From: a bacterium
GTDB taxonomy: Bacteria; SAR324; JACQKK01
NCBI GenBank assembly: GCA_965240465.1
Contig: OZ251219.1
Coordinates: 608,001-672,000, forward strand
Direction of reading: 5' to 3'
Length of the DNA stretch: 64,000 nucleotides
The notes under the pieces are model-generated. The model was not told the DNA's origin and did not search any database. It worked only from the letters and a program-made list of their open reading frames with translations. Positions 37,587 through 46,885 of the stretch are shown piece after piece; the first letter of the stretch is position 1, and each line of letters opens with the position of its first letter. Made by a program: the position numbers and the translations under genes.

Positions 37587-38867
37587 TTAGTGGGTGAAGA
37601 GGCGAACCCCAATCAGGGACATGCTAATACCATGTTCATTACAGGCAGAAATGACCTCTTCATCCTTAAGAGCTCCCCCACACTGAGCAATGTGAGCTAC
37701 CGCAAAGCGAGCTGCTTGATCAACATTATCTCTAAAAGGCAAAAAGGCATCAGAAGCCATACAAAGATGCTCCCAAGTGCTCATCCAATCGGTGTACTCC
37801 TGAGGAGGAAATTTTTTGGGAGGAACAGTGAAAAGGCTCTCCCAGACAGGTCTTTGAATCGGAGTAAGGCGATCATCCAGCCAATCCACAATGGCATTGA
37901 TTTTTTGCTGGCGGGGAACTTGGGGCTGAAAAGAAAGAGCAACCGCCAAGGGATGCTGGCGTATTCTCCACAGCTGGGCTTTCCTCCCTGCTAGAATGAT
38001 GGCATCCACCCGACTTTGCTGACCTGCTCCTACTCCGACTACCTGCCCCTTCCAACTGAAGCATATTGAGTTTGATTGGGTGTACTTGGTGGTAATCAAC
38101 CCCAGACAGAGGTCCCTTATAGCTTGAGGAGAATGCTCTTGACGGGTGACCGTTTTTAATTCCTCAGCCCTTAGAAGAAACTCATTACGCTGCTGACGGA
38201 GGATAACTCCAAATATCTCTCGACTCTCATCGGATGGCGGTTGCCAATCTGGGTTAGCTCGCAGGATTATAAAGCGTCCTTTTTTCTTGGCACGTAAAAT
38301 TTTCAGGGCTTGGGGATGATAATCAGGGGCGATGATACCATCAGAGAATTCATTTTTTAAGAGCTGGGCTAGGGTTTCATCCACGGTATCGCTGACCGCA
38401 GCTAAATCGCCGAAGGAGCTCAAGGGATCGGCACTACGAGCACGCAAATAGGCATTGGCTATCGGGGAAAGCCCCGCCGCGTTTATCTGGCAATAAGCCC
38501 CTATTCCAGCCGATAATTCTCCGCTCAGGGCTGCTCCTGCAGGGCTGAGATGCTTAAAGCTAGCCGCAACGGGAGGACCTAATGCTGACTGAGCTTCACG
38601 GACTAACTGCCAACCCAGCAGGGCATCCATCACATTGATGTACCCAGGCTCCCCAGCCAGCACCTCAAAGGGAGCACCTGCCCTGGAAAAGCACAATTCA
38701 GCATCCTGATGAGGATTACAGCCATACTTTAATTTCTTTACCAGTCCCTGGTCTCGGATGGCAGAGTTGACGGATGATTTTAATTTCAAGGGTGTTATGC
38801 TATATTCCAGAGCGAGTAGTTTTGGTTTCCTTCGTCTTGCAGTCTTATCTTGCGGTTTATGGTGCAA
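37587..38867 (-). CDS. purH: AICAR formyltransferase (PurH C-terminal domain only); true start probably near 38740-38790
   Basis: LKYGCNPHQ, PGYIN, ASFKHLSPAGAA, SSFGD, KYTQSNS, GAGQQSR, SDAFLPFRDN, RLFTH. Confidence 0.88.
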   Translation of the reverse strand: MHHKPQDKTARRRKPKLLALEYSITPLKLKSSVNSAIRDQGLVKKLKYGCNPHQDAELCFSRAGAPFEVLAGEPGYINVMDALLGWQLVREAQSALGPPVAASFKHLSPAGAALSGELSAGIGAYCQINAAGLSPIANAYLRARSADPLSSFGDLAAVSDTVDETLAQLLKNEFSDGIIAPDYHPQALKILRAKKKGRFIILRANPDWQPPSDESREIFGVILRQQRNEFLLRAEELKTVTRQEHSPQAIRDLCLGLITTKYTQSNSICFSWKGQVVGVGAGQQSRVDAIILAGRKAQLWRIRQHPLAVALSFQPQVPRQQKINAIVDWLDDRLTPIQRPVWESLFTVPPKKFPPQEYTDWMSTWEHLCMASDAFLPFRDNVDQAARFAVAHIAQCGGALKDEEVISACNEHGISMSLIGVRLFTH

Positions 38868-38961
38868 TCTTATCTTGCGGTAGGTAAAATCTCATTTTTA
38901 ACACTAACAGCTTGAAGGTGAGAATGTTGTTTAGCGTGATAAAATATTTGGATAAAAGAAC

Positions 38962-39964
38962 ATGATTAAGATGGTTTCTCATAAGTCAGTCCAGCCTTTC
39001 AGCTCTGTTTGGCTTATCAATTCTGTTTGGCTTATCAATTTAGCCAAGGGCGGGATGTTTTTATGCTTAGGGTTGCTGATGGTGCCTCAGCTACGAGCAT
39101 CCCAAACGGCTACAGGAGATTCAGACTGCGTGGTGGAATCCAATGCTGCTTGCGTGAATTGGAGCACTGGACAGGTTTATATTTGATGAAAAAGGAAGAA
39201 TTAAAAAACAAATTAAATCTTAGGATACCAAAATCGTTGGTTACCGATCTGCACCAAGTCATCAAGCCATGGCTAGCGGAATAGGATTACCAGCCAGCTG
39301 GGCGGATACCGATGCCAAAAAGAAACTTAGTGCTACCCGAGCTGCCAAGCTCAGTGCTGCCCAAGCCCTATTAGAGGTACTCCAAGGCATTAACCTGAAT
39401 TCTACTGATGAATTGAATACTCGCTTGGAAAAATCGGGTTCAGTCAATAGCCGTTTGAGGGGACGTTTAAGAGATCTTGAACCAGTCAGGGGACCAGAGT
39501 ATCTAAAAGATGGTAGCGTGCGAGTTCGTTTGGCTACTAAGGTGCATGGAATTTTGCCTCGCAAATGGTTGACTACAGAAGCTACTCAAGCTAGCAGTTC
39601 TAGAGTTCTACCTACCTATAGTGGTTTAATAGTCAACGCTCAGGGATTAAGGGCCGCTCCAGCCCTTTCTCCGCGGTTGCTAGGAGCAGACGGGCAGCTG
39701 GTTTATACGGCGGGATATGTGGATCGCCGATATATTATTTCTCAGGGAGCGGTGGGTTATCTAAAATCCCTTGAAGCTGCTAAGAAACACCCTCGGGTAG
39801 GTAATCGTCCCTTGATCATCAAGCCTCAGGCGGTCAGCGGAGCTCGCCGTACTGATTTCGTGCTATCAGCAGGAGATGCCGAGTTGTTACGTCGCCTGCA
39901 TCGCCGTCAGGATTTTTTAAGTCAGAGTAGGGTAATCATCGTGCTGGGTGAGGGTAAAAAATAG
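38962..39964 (+). pseudogene. Exported LPP20-like protein gene split by a 91-bp insertion (about 39174-39264)
   Basis: ORF 38962..39186 (signal peptide...CVNWSTGQ) and ORF 39269..39964 (MASGIG...ATRAAKL, YSGLIVNA, ALSPRL, RVGNRPL) join in frame if 91 bp are removed. Confidence 0.65.
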
Positions 39965-40040
39965 CTGCAGTAGCTACAAAGTATCAAGGATTTAGTTTTG
40001 TCTGAGTTTCATCCAAATTTTATTTCAGTTTCAGATTAGT

Positions 40041-41321
40041 TTGAGGATCATTTTTTTGGGAGTTATTTCCATGTTCTCGTTATTTTCAATTTCAGTTTTA
40101 TTCTTATTTTCATTGCCATTAGGTTTAGCTCGGCGGGTTTTTCGGGTTGATTGTCTAGGGGGCATGGTTGTGATGTTATCAGCGGTGGTGTTGGTAGTTG
40201 GGTGTTCCTCCAATTCTAGGCAGGCAAGCGGACGTTTGGACACTCCCGAGCATCATGTACTGCGGGGAAATGACGCCATAGCGGTCGGCAATTTTGAGCG
40301 TGCCGAGCGAGAATTTGAGCTATCCTTAGGACTTAAGGAAGATTATGCTCCTGCCTTAGCGGGTTTGGCAGTGGTGAAAGCTCAAGTTGGCACGAAACCA
40401 TTGCTGAGCAAACGCCAGCGAGAGCGTTATTTTGAGCAATCTAAGGACTACTTGAAGAAGGCTTTTGATAAGGCTAGGGGGCCGGAGAATCTGGAGGTTT
40501 ATCTAGCTGCTATTCAGGTATCACGGATCAATAAGGAGAAAAGATGGATTAAGAATGCGGAATCTCAATATTTCAAGGCACTCAAGTTAAGCGGTGATAA
40601 GAATGAAGCTCGTCCGCATTTGTATATGGCTAGGGTTTGGCGGGATGCCTTTCAATTACCCAAAGCCGAAGAGCTTTATCGCCGAGTGTTGGGGCAAGAT
40701 AGTCCTTTGAACGAGGTAGCAGATGCAGAACTAGCGGTGGTGCAAAAGATTCGCCGAGCTGCCCCTGGGAGTCGCTATGGGAAGCTGATCGCCTTTGATG
40801 ATAGAATTACTCGGGCTGATATTGCGGCTTTGTTTATTTCTGAGTTGCGACTGGAACGCATCTATAGAAGAGGAGCTAAAGCGGCTGAGTTCAAGCCTTC
40901 CACTTCTTCTGCTGGAATTTATTCGGTGCCTAAGGATGTGCTTGAGCATCCCTTGCGTGGCGACATTGAAGAGGTCATCAGGTTGGGTGTTAGGGGGCTG
41001 GAGGTTTCTCCGCGGGGGCGTTTCTTGCCCGATGAGGTAATTAACAGAGCGGAATTTGCTTTGATGGTGGAGGATATTCTCGTCAAGGTTACTGGTGAGT
41101 ACGATCTTAGTACTAGATTTGTGGGGCAGAAATCTCCTTTTGCGGATGTTAAATCTGATTTACCTTATTTTAATGCGGTGCAGACGGTGACTTCGCGTTC
41201 TTTGATGGAGCCTAAGGACAAGATCAATGGGATATTTGCTCCCTTGGATAGGGTAATCCCAGTGGATGCCTTGATTGTGCTCAGACTATTGAAAAATGAG
41301 CTGCGTTCTTATGTTCGCTAG
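40041..41321 (+). CDS. TPR-repeat lipoprotein with C-terminal SLH-like domains
   Basis: Lipobox-like VVGC; TPR-like helices; ITRADIA, F.PDEVINRAEFA, SPFADV; true start likely near 40165. Confidence 0.75.
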   Translation: MRIIFLGVISMFSLFSISVLFLFSLPLGLARRVFRVDCLGGMVVMLSAVVLVVGCSSNSRQASGRLDTPEHHVLRGNDAIAVGNFERAEREFELSLGLKEDYAPALAGLAVVKAQVGTKPLLSKRQRERYFEQSKDYLKKAFDKARGPENLEVYLAAIQVSRINKEKRWIKNAESQYFKALKLSGDKNEARPHLYMARVWRDAFQLPKAEELYRRVLGQDSPLNEVADAELAVVQKIRRAAPGSRYGKLIAFDDRITRADIAALFISELRLERIYRRGAKAAEFKPSTSSAGIYSVPKDVLEHPLRGDIEEVIRLGVRGLEVSPRGRFLPDEVINRAEFALMVEDILVKVTGEYDLSTRFVGQKSPFADVKSDLPYFNAVQTVTSRSLMEPKDKINGIFAPLDRVIPVDALIVLRLLKNELRSYVR

Positions 41322-42876
41322 CGATACTCAGAAACAGCTGATAGTGATCATCTCAGTGGTGGGGCTTATTGTGACGGCCAGTTCGTCGTTGGGAGCTCAG
41401 GAGAAGTATATGCACCTTCAGGGTCAAGCGAGGGTGTCCATCATAGGGGATGACCTAGTTAGTGCCAAGCAAGTGGCTCTCAAGCAGGCTAAGCAGCTAG
41501 CTCTTTGGCGAGCTATTAGGCGATTGGTGGCACCGTTTTGGTTAAAACGATTCAAGCAGGATATTCAGGCCAAGATTATTACTAATCCAGCCCAGTACAT
41601 AGTTTCTTTTCAAGCTACTTTGCTGGAGCCAACCCTCAACCGTACTCGTTATTTGGCAGATGTGGAAATACAAGCTGATCGTCTGCAGTTGGAAAGTGCT
41701 CTGAGGGATATTTCCCTGCCGTTGCTGTCGCAGCCCTTAAGGGTACTTCAGCCTCTATATGCCAAAAATGATAAGGCTCTTCAACACCCAGAAATTCTTG
41801 CTGACCTGATCCGGCAATTTTCTCGTAAGTTAAGCTTATTGCGATTTCAATTAGCTAAGCCCCGCCAGTTGTCGCAGAGTGAGATGAAACATGTCTTTCG
41901 GGCTTCATCAGACAAGGAACGGCACAAGATTTTGGATAATCAATTACAAAAGCCTCTCTTGCTGTTTATGTTTTCTGGTTCGGGTTTGCGGCGTCCAGCC
42001 CGTCTGGACCTGCTACTATTAACAGAACGCTCTGCCAGCATAGTGGCTCAGGAACAGGTCAAGCTTACTGAGACCCTAAAAATTGGGGAAAAACTTTCTG
42101 CTAGTCAAAGGAGTTTATTTCTGGACCAGCTTACCATTCCTCTGGCGACTGCCTTAGTGCTTAAAAATGTGAAACTGAATACTTCCCCAGCTACCTTAGC
42201 CAAACAACAGCCCCTGCAACTAGCGGTGATCGGATTGAAAAACCTAGCTGATGAAGAAGCCTTTCGGCAACTTTTTTTCTCGGCTGGAGGACTATTTGAG
42301 GGCTTTGCCCTGGCTAAGATCACGGCCCGTACCATCTTTTTTAGAGGAAATTATCGTGGTGAACCCGAAAATCTGCCCGCCCGCTTGAATAATCGCACCT
42401 TTGGCAGCTTTATTGTTAAAACAGCCCGACTGGATGATGATATGCTTAGCCTAAATCTTACTCGCAAGCAAACCCGGCGACATCTTTCCTTGACCGTCCT
42501 GGATAGCCAAACTTTCGCGGAAGTGGAAAATAATGGCTGGTTTGATTCTGCTAATCGCCTGCTACTAAGAACCACCATTAGTGGTGCCATCAATGCTCGT
42601 GCCGATGCTGATTTCTTTATTGGATCTGCCAAGGAATCGTTAACCATCATATGGCAGCGAGAGGGACGAACTCGCATTCAGCCGATAATTAGAATCTATG
42701 ACCGAAAAAGAAATTTACTGCTGCAAAAATATCTCTCTGCTAAGAATGTTAAATTCCAAACCCGATTACCAAAGGGATCAGGGAAATTTTATCTAGAGAT
42801 TGCCGACCGCTTTGGAAATATTGCAGAAGAAGTGGGAGGGTATCTCAATCTCAATTATCGCTTACAGGTTTTTTAG
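41296..42876 (+). CDS. Hypothetical exported protein (FlgT-N/LPP20-like N-terminus)
   Basis: Signal peptide; GQA.V...D...AKQ.AL.QAK..AL..A motif; C-terminal beta domain. Confidence 0.55.
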   Translation: MSCVLMFASDTQKQLIVIISVVGLIVTASSSLGAQEKYMHLQGQARVSIIGDDLVSAKQVALKQAKQLALWRAIRRLVAPFWLKRFKQDIQAKIITNPAQYIVSFQATLLEPTLNRTRYLADVEIQADRLQLESALRDISLPLLSQPLRVLQPLYAKNDKALQHPEILADLIRQFSRKLSLLRFQLAKPRQLSQSEMKHVFRASSDKERHKILDNQLQKPLLLFMFSGSGLRRPARLDLLLLTERSASIVAQEQVKLTETLKIGEKLSASQRSLFLDQLTIPLATALVLKNVKLNTSPATLAKQQPLQLAVIGLKNLADEEAFRQLFFSAGGLFEGFALAKITARTIFFRGNYRGEPENLPARLNNRTFGSFIVKTARLDDDMLSLNLTRKQTRRHLSLTVLDSQTFAEVENNGWFDSANRLLLRTTISGAINARADADFFIGSAKESLTIIWQREGRTRIQPIIRIYDRKRNLLLQKYLSAKNVKFQTRLPKGSGKFYLEIADRFGNIAEEVGGYLNLNYRLQVF

Positions 42877-42913
42877 AACAGTAGCATTCGGTTACCCGGT
42901 GATTTTTTCTGAT

Positions 42914-43573
42914 ATGAAAACTATTTCTCCTAATTATGAAGTTAATCGTCTGGTTAAGGGAGAGGCTTGGCGATTATTTCGCATACTCTCTGAATTTGTA
43001 GAGGGGTTTGACTTAATGCCACAAGAAGCGGGGGTTACTGTTTATGGTGGTGCTCGCGTTTTGGGTGATCATCCTTATTATCAGCTGGGTTTTGAGGTAG
43101 GCAAGCGTCTGGCGGAATCGGGATATAGCGTGATAACTGGCGGCGGGCCGGGGCTCATGGAAGCTGCTAATCGTGGTGCTATGGAAGCGGGTGGTTCTTC
43201 GATTGGTTTGAACATTCATTTACCTGATGAACAAAAACCTAATCCCTACTTAACCCACAGTCTTAATTTCCGCTATTTCTTTGTGCGTAAGGTGATGTTG
43301 ATAAATTATGCTTGTGCCTTTGTACTGTTGCCCGGCGGCTTTGGCACCATGGATGAATTTTTTGAAACCATCACCCTGATTCAAACTCACAAGATACGTC
43401 CCTTTCCCATAATATTGCTGGGAAGCGAATATTGGGGTGGGTTGGTGGAGTGGATGAAAAAAAACATGCTAGCCAATGATTTGCTTACCTCAGAAGACCT
43501 AGGGCTGTTTCAGATCAGTGACGATGTGGAAGAAGTCTTGGAGATCATCCAGAAGCACCACCAGCCGTTGTGA
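42914..43573 (+). CDS. LOG family nucleotide monophosphate nucleosidase
   Basis: VTVYGGAR, ITGGGPGLMEAANRGA, EQKPNPY, YFFVRK, PGGFGTMDE. Confidence 0.93.
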   Translation: MKTISPNYEVNRLVKGEAWRLFRILSEFVEGFDLMPQEAGVTVYGGARVLGDHPYYQLGFEVGKRLAESGYSVITGGGPGLMEAANRGAMEAGGSSIGLNIHLPDEQKPNPYLTHSLNFRYFFVRKVMLINYACAFVLLPGGFGTMDEFFETITLIQTHKIRPFPIILLGSEYWGGLVEWMKKNMLANDLLTSEDLGLFQISDDVEEVLEIIQKHHQPL

Positions 43574-43657
43574 ATCAATGAGTTTGGTTTAGTCAGAGTT
43601 GCGAGTTTTTTTTAAAGGAAGCCAGATTCTTAGAGAATGTGCTAACTGAGAATCCTT

Positions 43658-44398
43658 ATGATTGAATTTCGCAAGATAGTAATACGTTTTGGTGAGCACA
43701 TTGTGCTCAACAAGCTTGATATGCACATTCCCGAAAGCCAAGTGACCGTAGTGATGGGAGGTTCAGGGCAGGGTAAATCTACCATTCTCAAGGTAATAAT
43801 GGGTTTTATCCATCCAGCAGAAGGGCAGATTTTCATTGATGGAGAGGAAGTGACGTTTCTCAAGACCCATCAGAGATTAGAAGTGCTTAAGAAATTAGGG
43901 ATGTCCTTTCAGTATTCGGCTTTGTTTGATTCAATGAGTGTGTATGAGAATTGTGCCTTCCCCCTGCGAGAGCACACCAAATTGAAGGAGCCAGAGATCG
44001 CTACTAAGGTGGAGGAAACTTTATCCCGCTTAGGACTGCCGGATATCGGCAATAAATTACCGGGAGAGCTTTCTGGGGGGATGAAAAAAAGGGTGGGAGT
44101 GGCTCGTGCCATTATGCTGCAGCCGAAGATCATGCTCTTTGATGAACCTGAGTCTGGCTTAGACCCGATCACCACTACTTCCATAGGGAATTTAATCATG
44201 GAAATGTGCAATGAGTTTGGGATCACCTGCATGGTTATTTCTCACCATGTACCTAATAGCATGATGATTGCCAACAAGGTTTGTATGTTGTACCAGGGGC
44301 AGATTGTGGCAGAAGGTAGTCCTGAACAAATGAAGAAAAATCCCAACCTCATCTGGCAGCAGTTCCTGCACGGACGCACCGAGGGACCCCATCAGTAG
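43658..44398 (+). CDS. mlaF: ABC ATPase, MlaF/Ttg2A family
   Basis: GGSGQGKS, FQYSALFDSMSVYEN.AFPLREH, LSGGMKKRV, DEPESGLDP. Confidence 0.85.
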   Translation: MIEFRKIVIRFGEHIVLNKLDMHIPESQVTVVMGGSGQGKSTILKVIMGFIHPAEGQIFIDGEEVTFLKTHQRLEVLKKLGMSFQYSALFDSMSVYENCAFPLREHTKLKEPEIATKVEETLSRLGLPDIGNKLPGELSGGMKKRVGVARAIMLQPKIMLFDEPESGLDPITTTSIGNLIMEMCNEFGITCMVISHHVPNSMMIANKVCMLYQGQIVAEGSPEQMKKNPNLIWQQFLHGRTEGPHQ

Positions 44399-44463
44399 CC
44401 ATATTGTTATAACGGTGTCTTTTAGACGAATAAAAAATTTGACGGGGTTGCCAAAATTGAGAA

Positions 44464-44551
44464 CGGAGAGAGAGGGATTCGAACCCTCGGTGCGCTTTTG
44501 ACACACACACGCTTTCCAGGCGTGCACCTTCAGCCACTCGGTCACCTCTCC
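44464..44551 (-). tRNA. tRNA-Ser (anticodon GGA), long variable arm, CCA not encoded
   Basis: Reverse complement GGAGAGGTGACCGAGTGGCTGAAGGTGCACGCCTGGAAAGCGTGT...GAGGGTTCGAATCCCTCTCTCTCCG. Confidence 0.97.
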
Positions 44552-44559
44552 GTGATGGA

Positions 44560-45060
44560 TTATGGCAAGGGAAATGAGATTTCTCTTTTCAAAAATTTTA
44601 TCCGATGGATATCTCGTAAGAGTATTCTATCATTGCCCAGGATTGTTTTGCCATAAAACTTGCTGTGGCGGTCTATGTTCATCACCAGAACATCGCCCTT
44701 GCTTAGAATTACCTTGATCTGAATGAGATCGCCGTACTCATCATTTTCAGCGACAACACGCTCTAGAGAACGCAAAGAGGCAAATGGTAAGCTTATCGGG
44801 ATATTATTGTACTGAACCTCTAAGAAAACATTTCTTTCCCAAGTTAATTGTTCAATTTTTATCAGCTTACCATTATTATTCTCCAGCAAGACATGGAAGT
44901 TTTGTTTGGGGGTGTGAATTCTATCTTCAGCAGATTTATAACCGCTTTTACCTACCACGGATTTGGAACCGCTCGGTCCGCCTAAAAAAACCAGACTGAG
45001 AAGCAAGCAAATCCCCCCTAGCTGTTGCCAACGACCGCAATTTTTCAATAAAAGAAACAC
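44560..45060 (-). CDS. Hypothetical exported protein
   Basis: 166-aa ORF with N-terminal hydrophobic segment. Confidence 0.6.
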   Translation of the reverse strand: MFLLLKNCGRWQQLGGICLLLSLVFLGGPSGSKSVVGKSGYKSAEDRIHTPKQNFHVLLENNNGKLIKIEQLTWERNVFLEVQYNNIPISLPFASLRSLERVVAENDEYGDLIQIKVILSKGDVLVMNIDRHSKFYGKTILGNDRILLRDIHRIKFLKREISFPLP

Positions 45061-45154
45061 GATATCCTGCTAGTAGAAGTTAAATTCACCTATATATTTT
45101 GGTATTCAACTTGCTTTTTCCTCGGCTGTCAAATATTTTTGTCTCTGGCATTGG

Positions 45155-45244
45155 CAAAACCGATGAATAAGCCAAAACCGATGAATAAGCCAAAACCGAT
45201 GAATAAGCCAAAACCGATGAATAAGCCAAAACCGATGAATAAGC
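45155..45244. repeat. 5 x 18-bp perfect intergenic tandem repeat CAAAACCGATGAATAAGC
   Basis: Read directly; no spacers between copies. Confidence 0.97.
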
Positions 45245-45263
45245 ACTGAGCATTGTGTTACTC

Positions 45264-46769
45264 TCAGTAGGCAAATTGCTTTGCTGTTATGGGCGATTGT
45301 GCAGTATCTATTGTTGTAACTGCGTGCGGGGTACAAGTAAGATTTCCATTGCCCGCCTCTAGGTCGTACTTGGCTTGGATGCTACTGCCATCGGCACTCA
45401 ATTTTGCCAGTTTGGCGTCGCCATAGCCACCCAAGGCAGCAAAATGTCCCTGTTGAGTGCTAAAGAGCGGACCGGTTAATTTTAATTGATGAGGGTCGTT
45501 TGCAAGCGTGCCAGTGCTTAGGTCAAGCACTCTGATAAAATCATCGTCATAGGTGAACACCCAAGCCCGATCACCTTGGGGTGCCAGAGATATACCAGTA
45601 GGGTCACAACCAAGGCGGTCTAGGCGGTCTTCTTTGGCAGGGCAGTCGCTAGTAGTGGCTAGGGCTATTTCTTGGATAATATCATTGCTGGAATCAGCAT
45701 CGGCTAATAGGGCAGTGTTTATTTGCTGCAGACTACCGGGCTGACCGCCATAATTCACAAAGCCTCCGCTGCGGACTATCCATAAACTCTGCTCATGCAG
45801 CAGCATAGGCCAGGGGGGTGATATTCCCAGCTGCACCAAAGCTTTTAATTGCGGACGATGTTGGCTATCTGGCTGCAGTACCAACAACCATCCTGAACGG
45901 TACTCGCCATTCCAATTATTTACCAGAGCATAAACGCAGGAACCATCAAAGGAAGGGCAATCGGCATCCCAAATGAATCCTAATAAGCTGGTGAGCTTTT
46001 CATCATTGCGTTTTTCGGCTGAGACTAAATCTGTCAAAGAATGAAAGGATTCTTGCTCCAATCGCTCCAAATTGACTACCGAAATGCCCACCGTGGCAAA
46101 ATTATCATGACTATCACCTCGCAGAGCCACCCAGCCCCATTCAGAAAAGGCAGTCGGAGTTTTAGGCAGGATCAGCAATTGATTGGGATTGCTATTGGCA
46201 GGAAAGCCAATCTGTCCCTCGGGTAGCAAGGTTTGGGGAGAAAAACGCTGCAATAAATTTTTCCCCTCCCCTTTACCGCCAACCCGAGATAGATAGTAAC
46301 CCGAGTTATCATCAAACCAAGGCCCGACAGGATCCATCAAGATATGACGATTTTCTTCAGGAAGGTGAATGTTATTTTCTAGGTCAAAGACGGTCAAGCT
46401 GTGTCCTAGATTGGTGATGCAAAACAAGTGTTCCCCAGGGGAAATGTTAGCTGGGGGAAAAGATTTTTCCCTGACTGCTTCACCAGGTCGGGGTGCTTCT
46501 GAGCAGCTGATCAGGACTAGCAACAGACCTGCCCGCCAGAGACCCGCCTGCCAGAGACCCGCCTGCCAGTAACTCGCCCGCCGACCACTCTTAACATTGG
46601 TGATCCAGCTTAATATACGCCTTAAGTTTAGCTGCTTAACCCAAATCTTAGGCATAGTGACTTCTTGGTCGTTGTTTATTCCTAAAAAACTGCTCGCCCA
46701 TTCTGCGGCTGTGACCTTTAATTGGCAAGTACGTTTTTTTTTGTCTACATTGCTGACATTTTTAATCAT
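45264..46769 (-). CDS. Hypothetical lipoprotein, probable beta-propeller
   Basis: Lipobox-like LISC; blade-like segments SLTVFDL, ISVVNL, IRVLDL, DPTGISL; start uncertain. Confidence 0.6.
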   Translation of the reverse strand: MIKNVSNVDKKKRTCQLKVTAAEWASSFLGINNDQEVTMPKIWVKQLNLRRILSWITNVKSGRRASYWQAGLWQAGLWRAGLLLVLISCSEAPRPGEAVREKSFPPANISPGEHLFCITNLGHSLTVFDLENNIHLPEENRHILMDPVGPWFDDNSGYYLSRVGGKGEGKNLLQRFSPQTLLPEGQIGFPANSNPNQLLILPKTPTAFSEWGWVALRGDSHDNFATVGISVVNLERLEQESFHSLTDLVSAEKRNDEKLTSLLGFIWDADCPSFDGSCVYALVNNWNGEYRSGWLLVLQPDSQHRPQLKALVQLGISPPWPMLLHEQSLWIVRSGGFVNYGGQPGSLQQINTALLADADSSNDIIQEIALATTSDCPAKEDRLDRLGCDPTGISLAPQGDRAWVFTYDDDFIRVLDLSTGTLANDPHQLKLTGPLFSTQQGHFAALGGYGDAKLAKLSADGSSIQAKYDLEAGNGNLTCTPHAVTTIDTAQSPITAKQFAY

Positions 46770-46885
46770 TCATAAGTACTTTTTTATTTTATAGCCAGCC
46801 TGAGAATTTTAGCAGATATGTTATCAATGGAGGGAATGGCAGGTTATCATAGCTGGCAAGTTTTTGGATTTTCTACGGTTTTTTT

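Noticed and set aside
39172-39271. Translational bypass or GT-AG intron explaining the 91-bp insert
   Set aside because: No matching ATT landing codon after the in-frame TAG at 39221; removing the GT...AG segment (92 nt) gives the wrong frame; too short for a group I or II intron.
44192-44545. ORFs 44192..44545 and 44349..44537
   Set aside because: They are translations of the tRNA-Ser gene and antisense of the ABC ATPase.
45155-45244. Possible CRISPR array (also considered 29360-29513 and 60087-60230)
   Set aside because: Units are directly adjacent with no unique spacers, and no cas operon is present.
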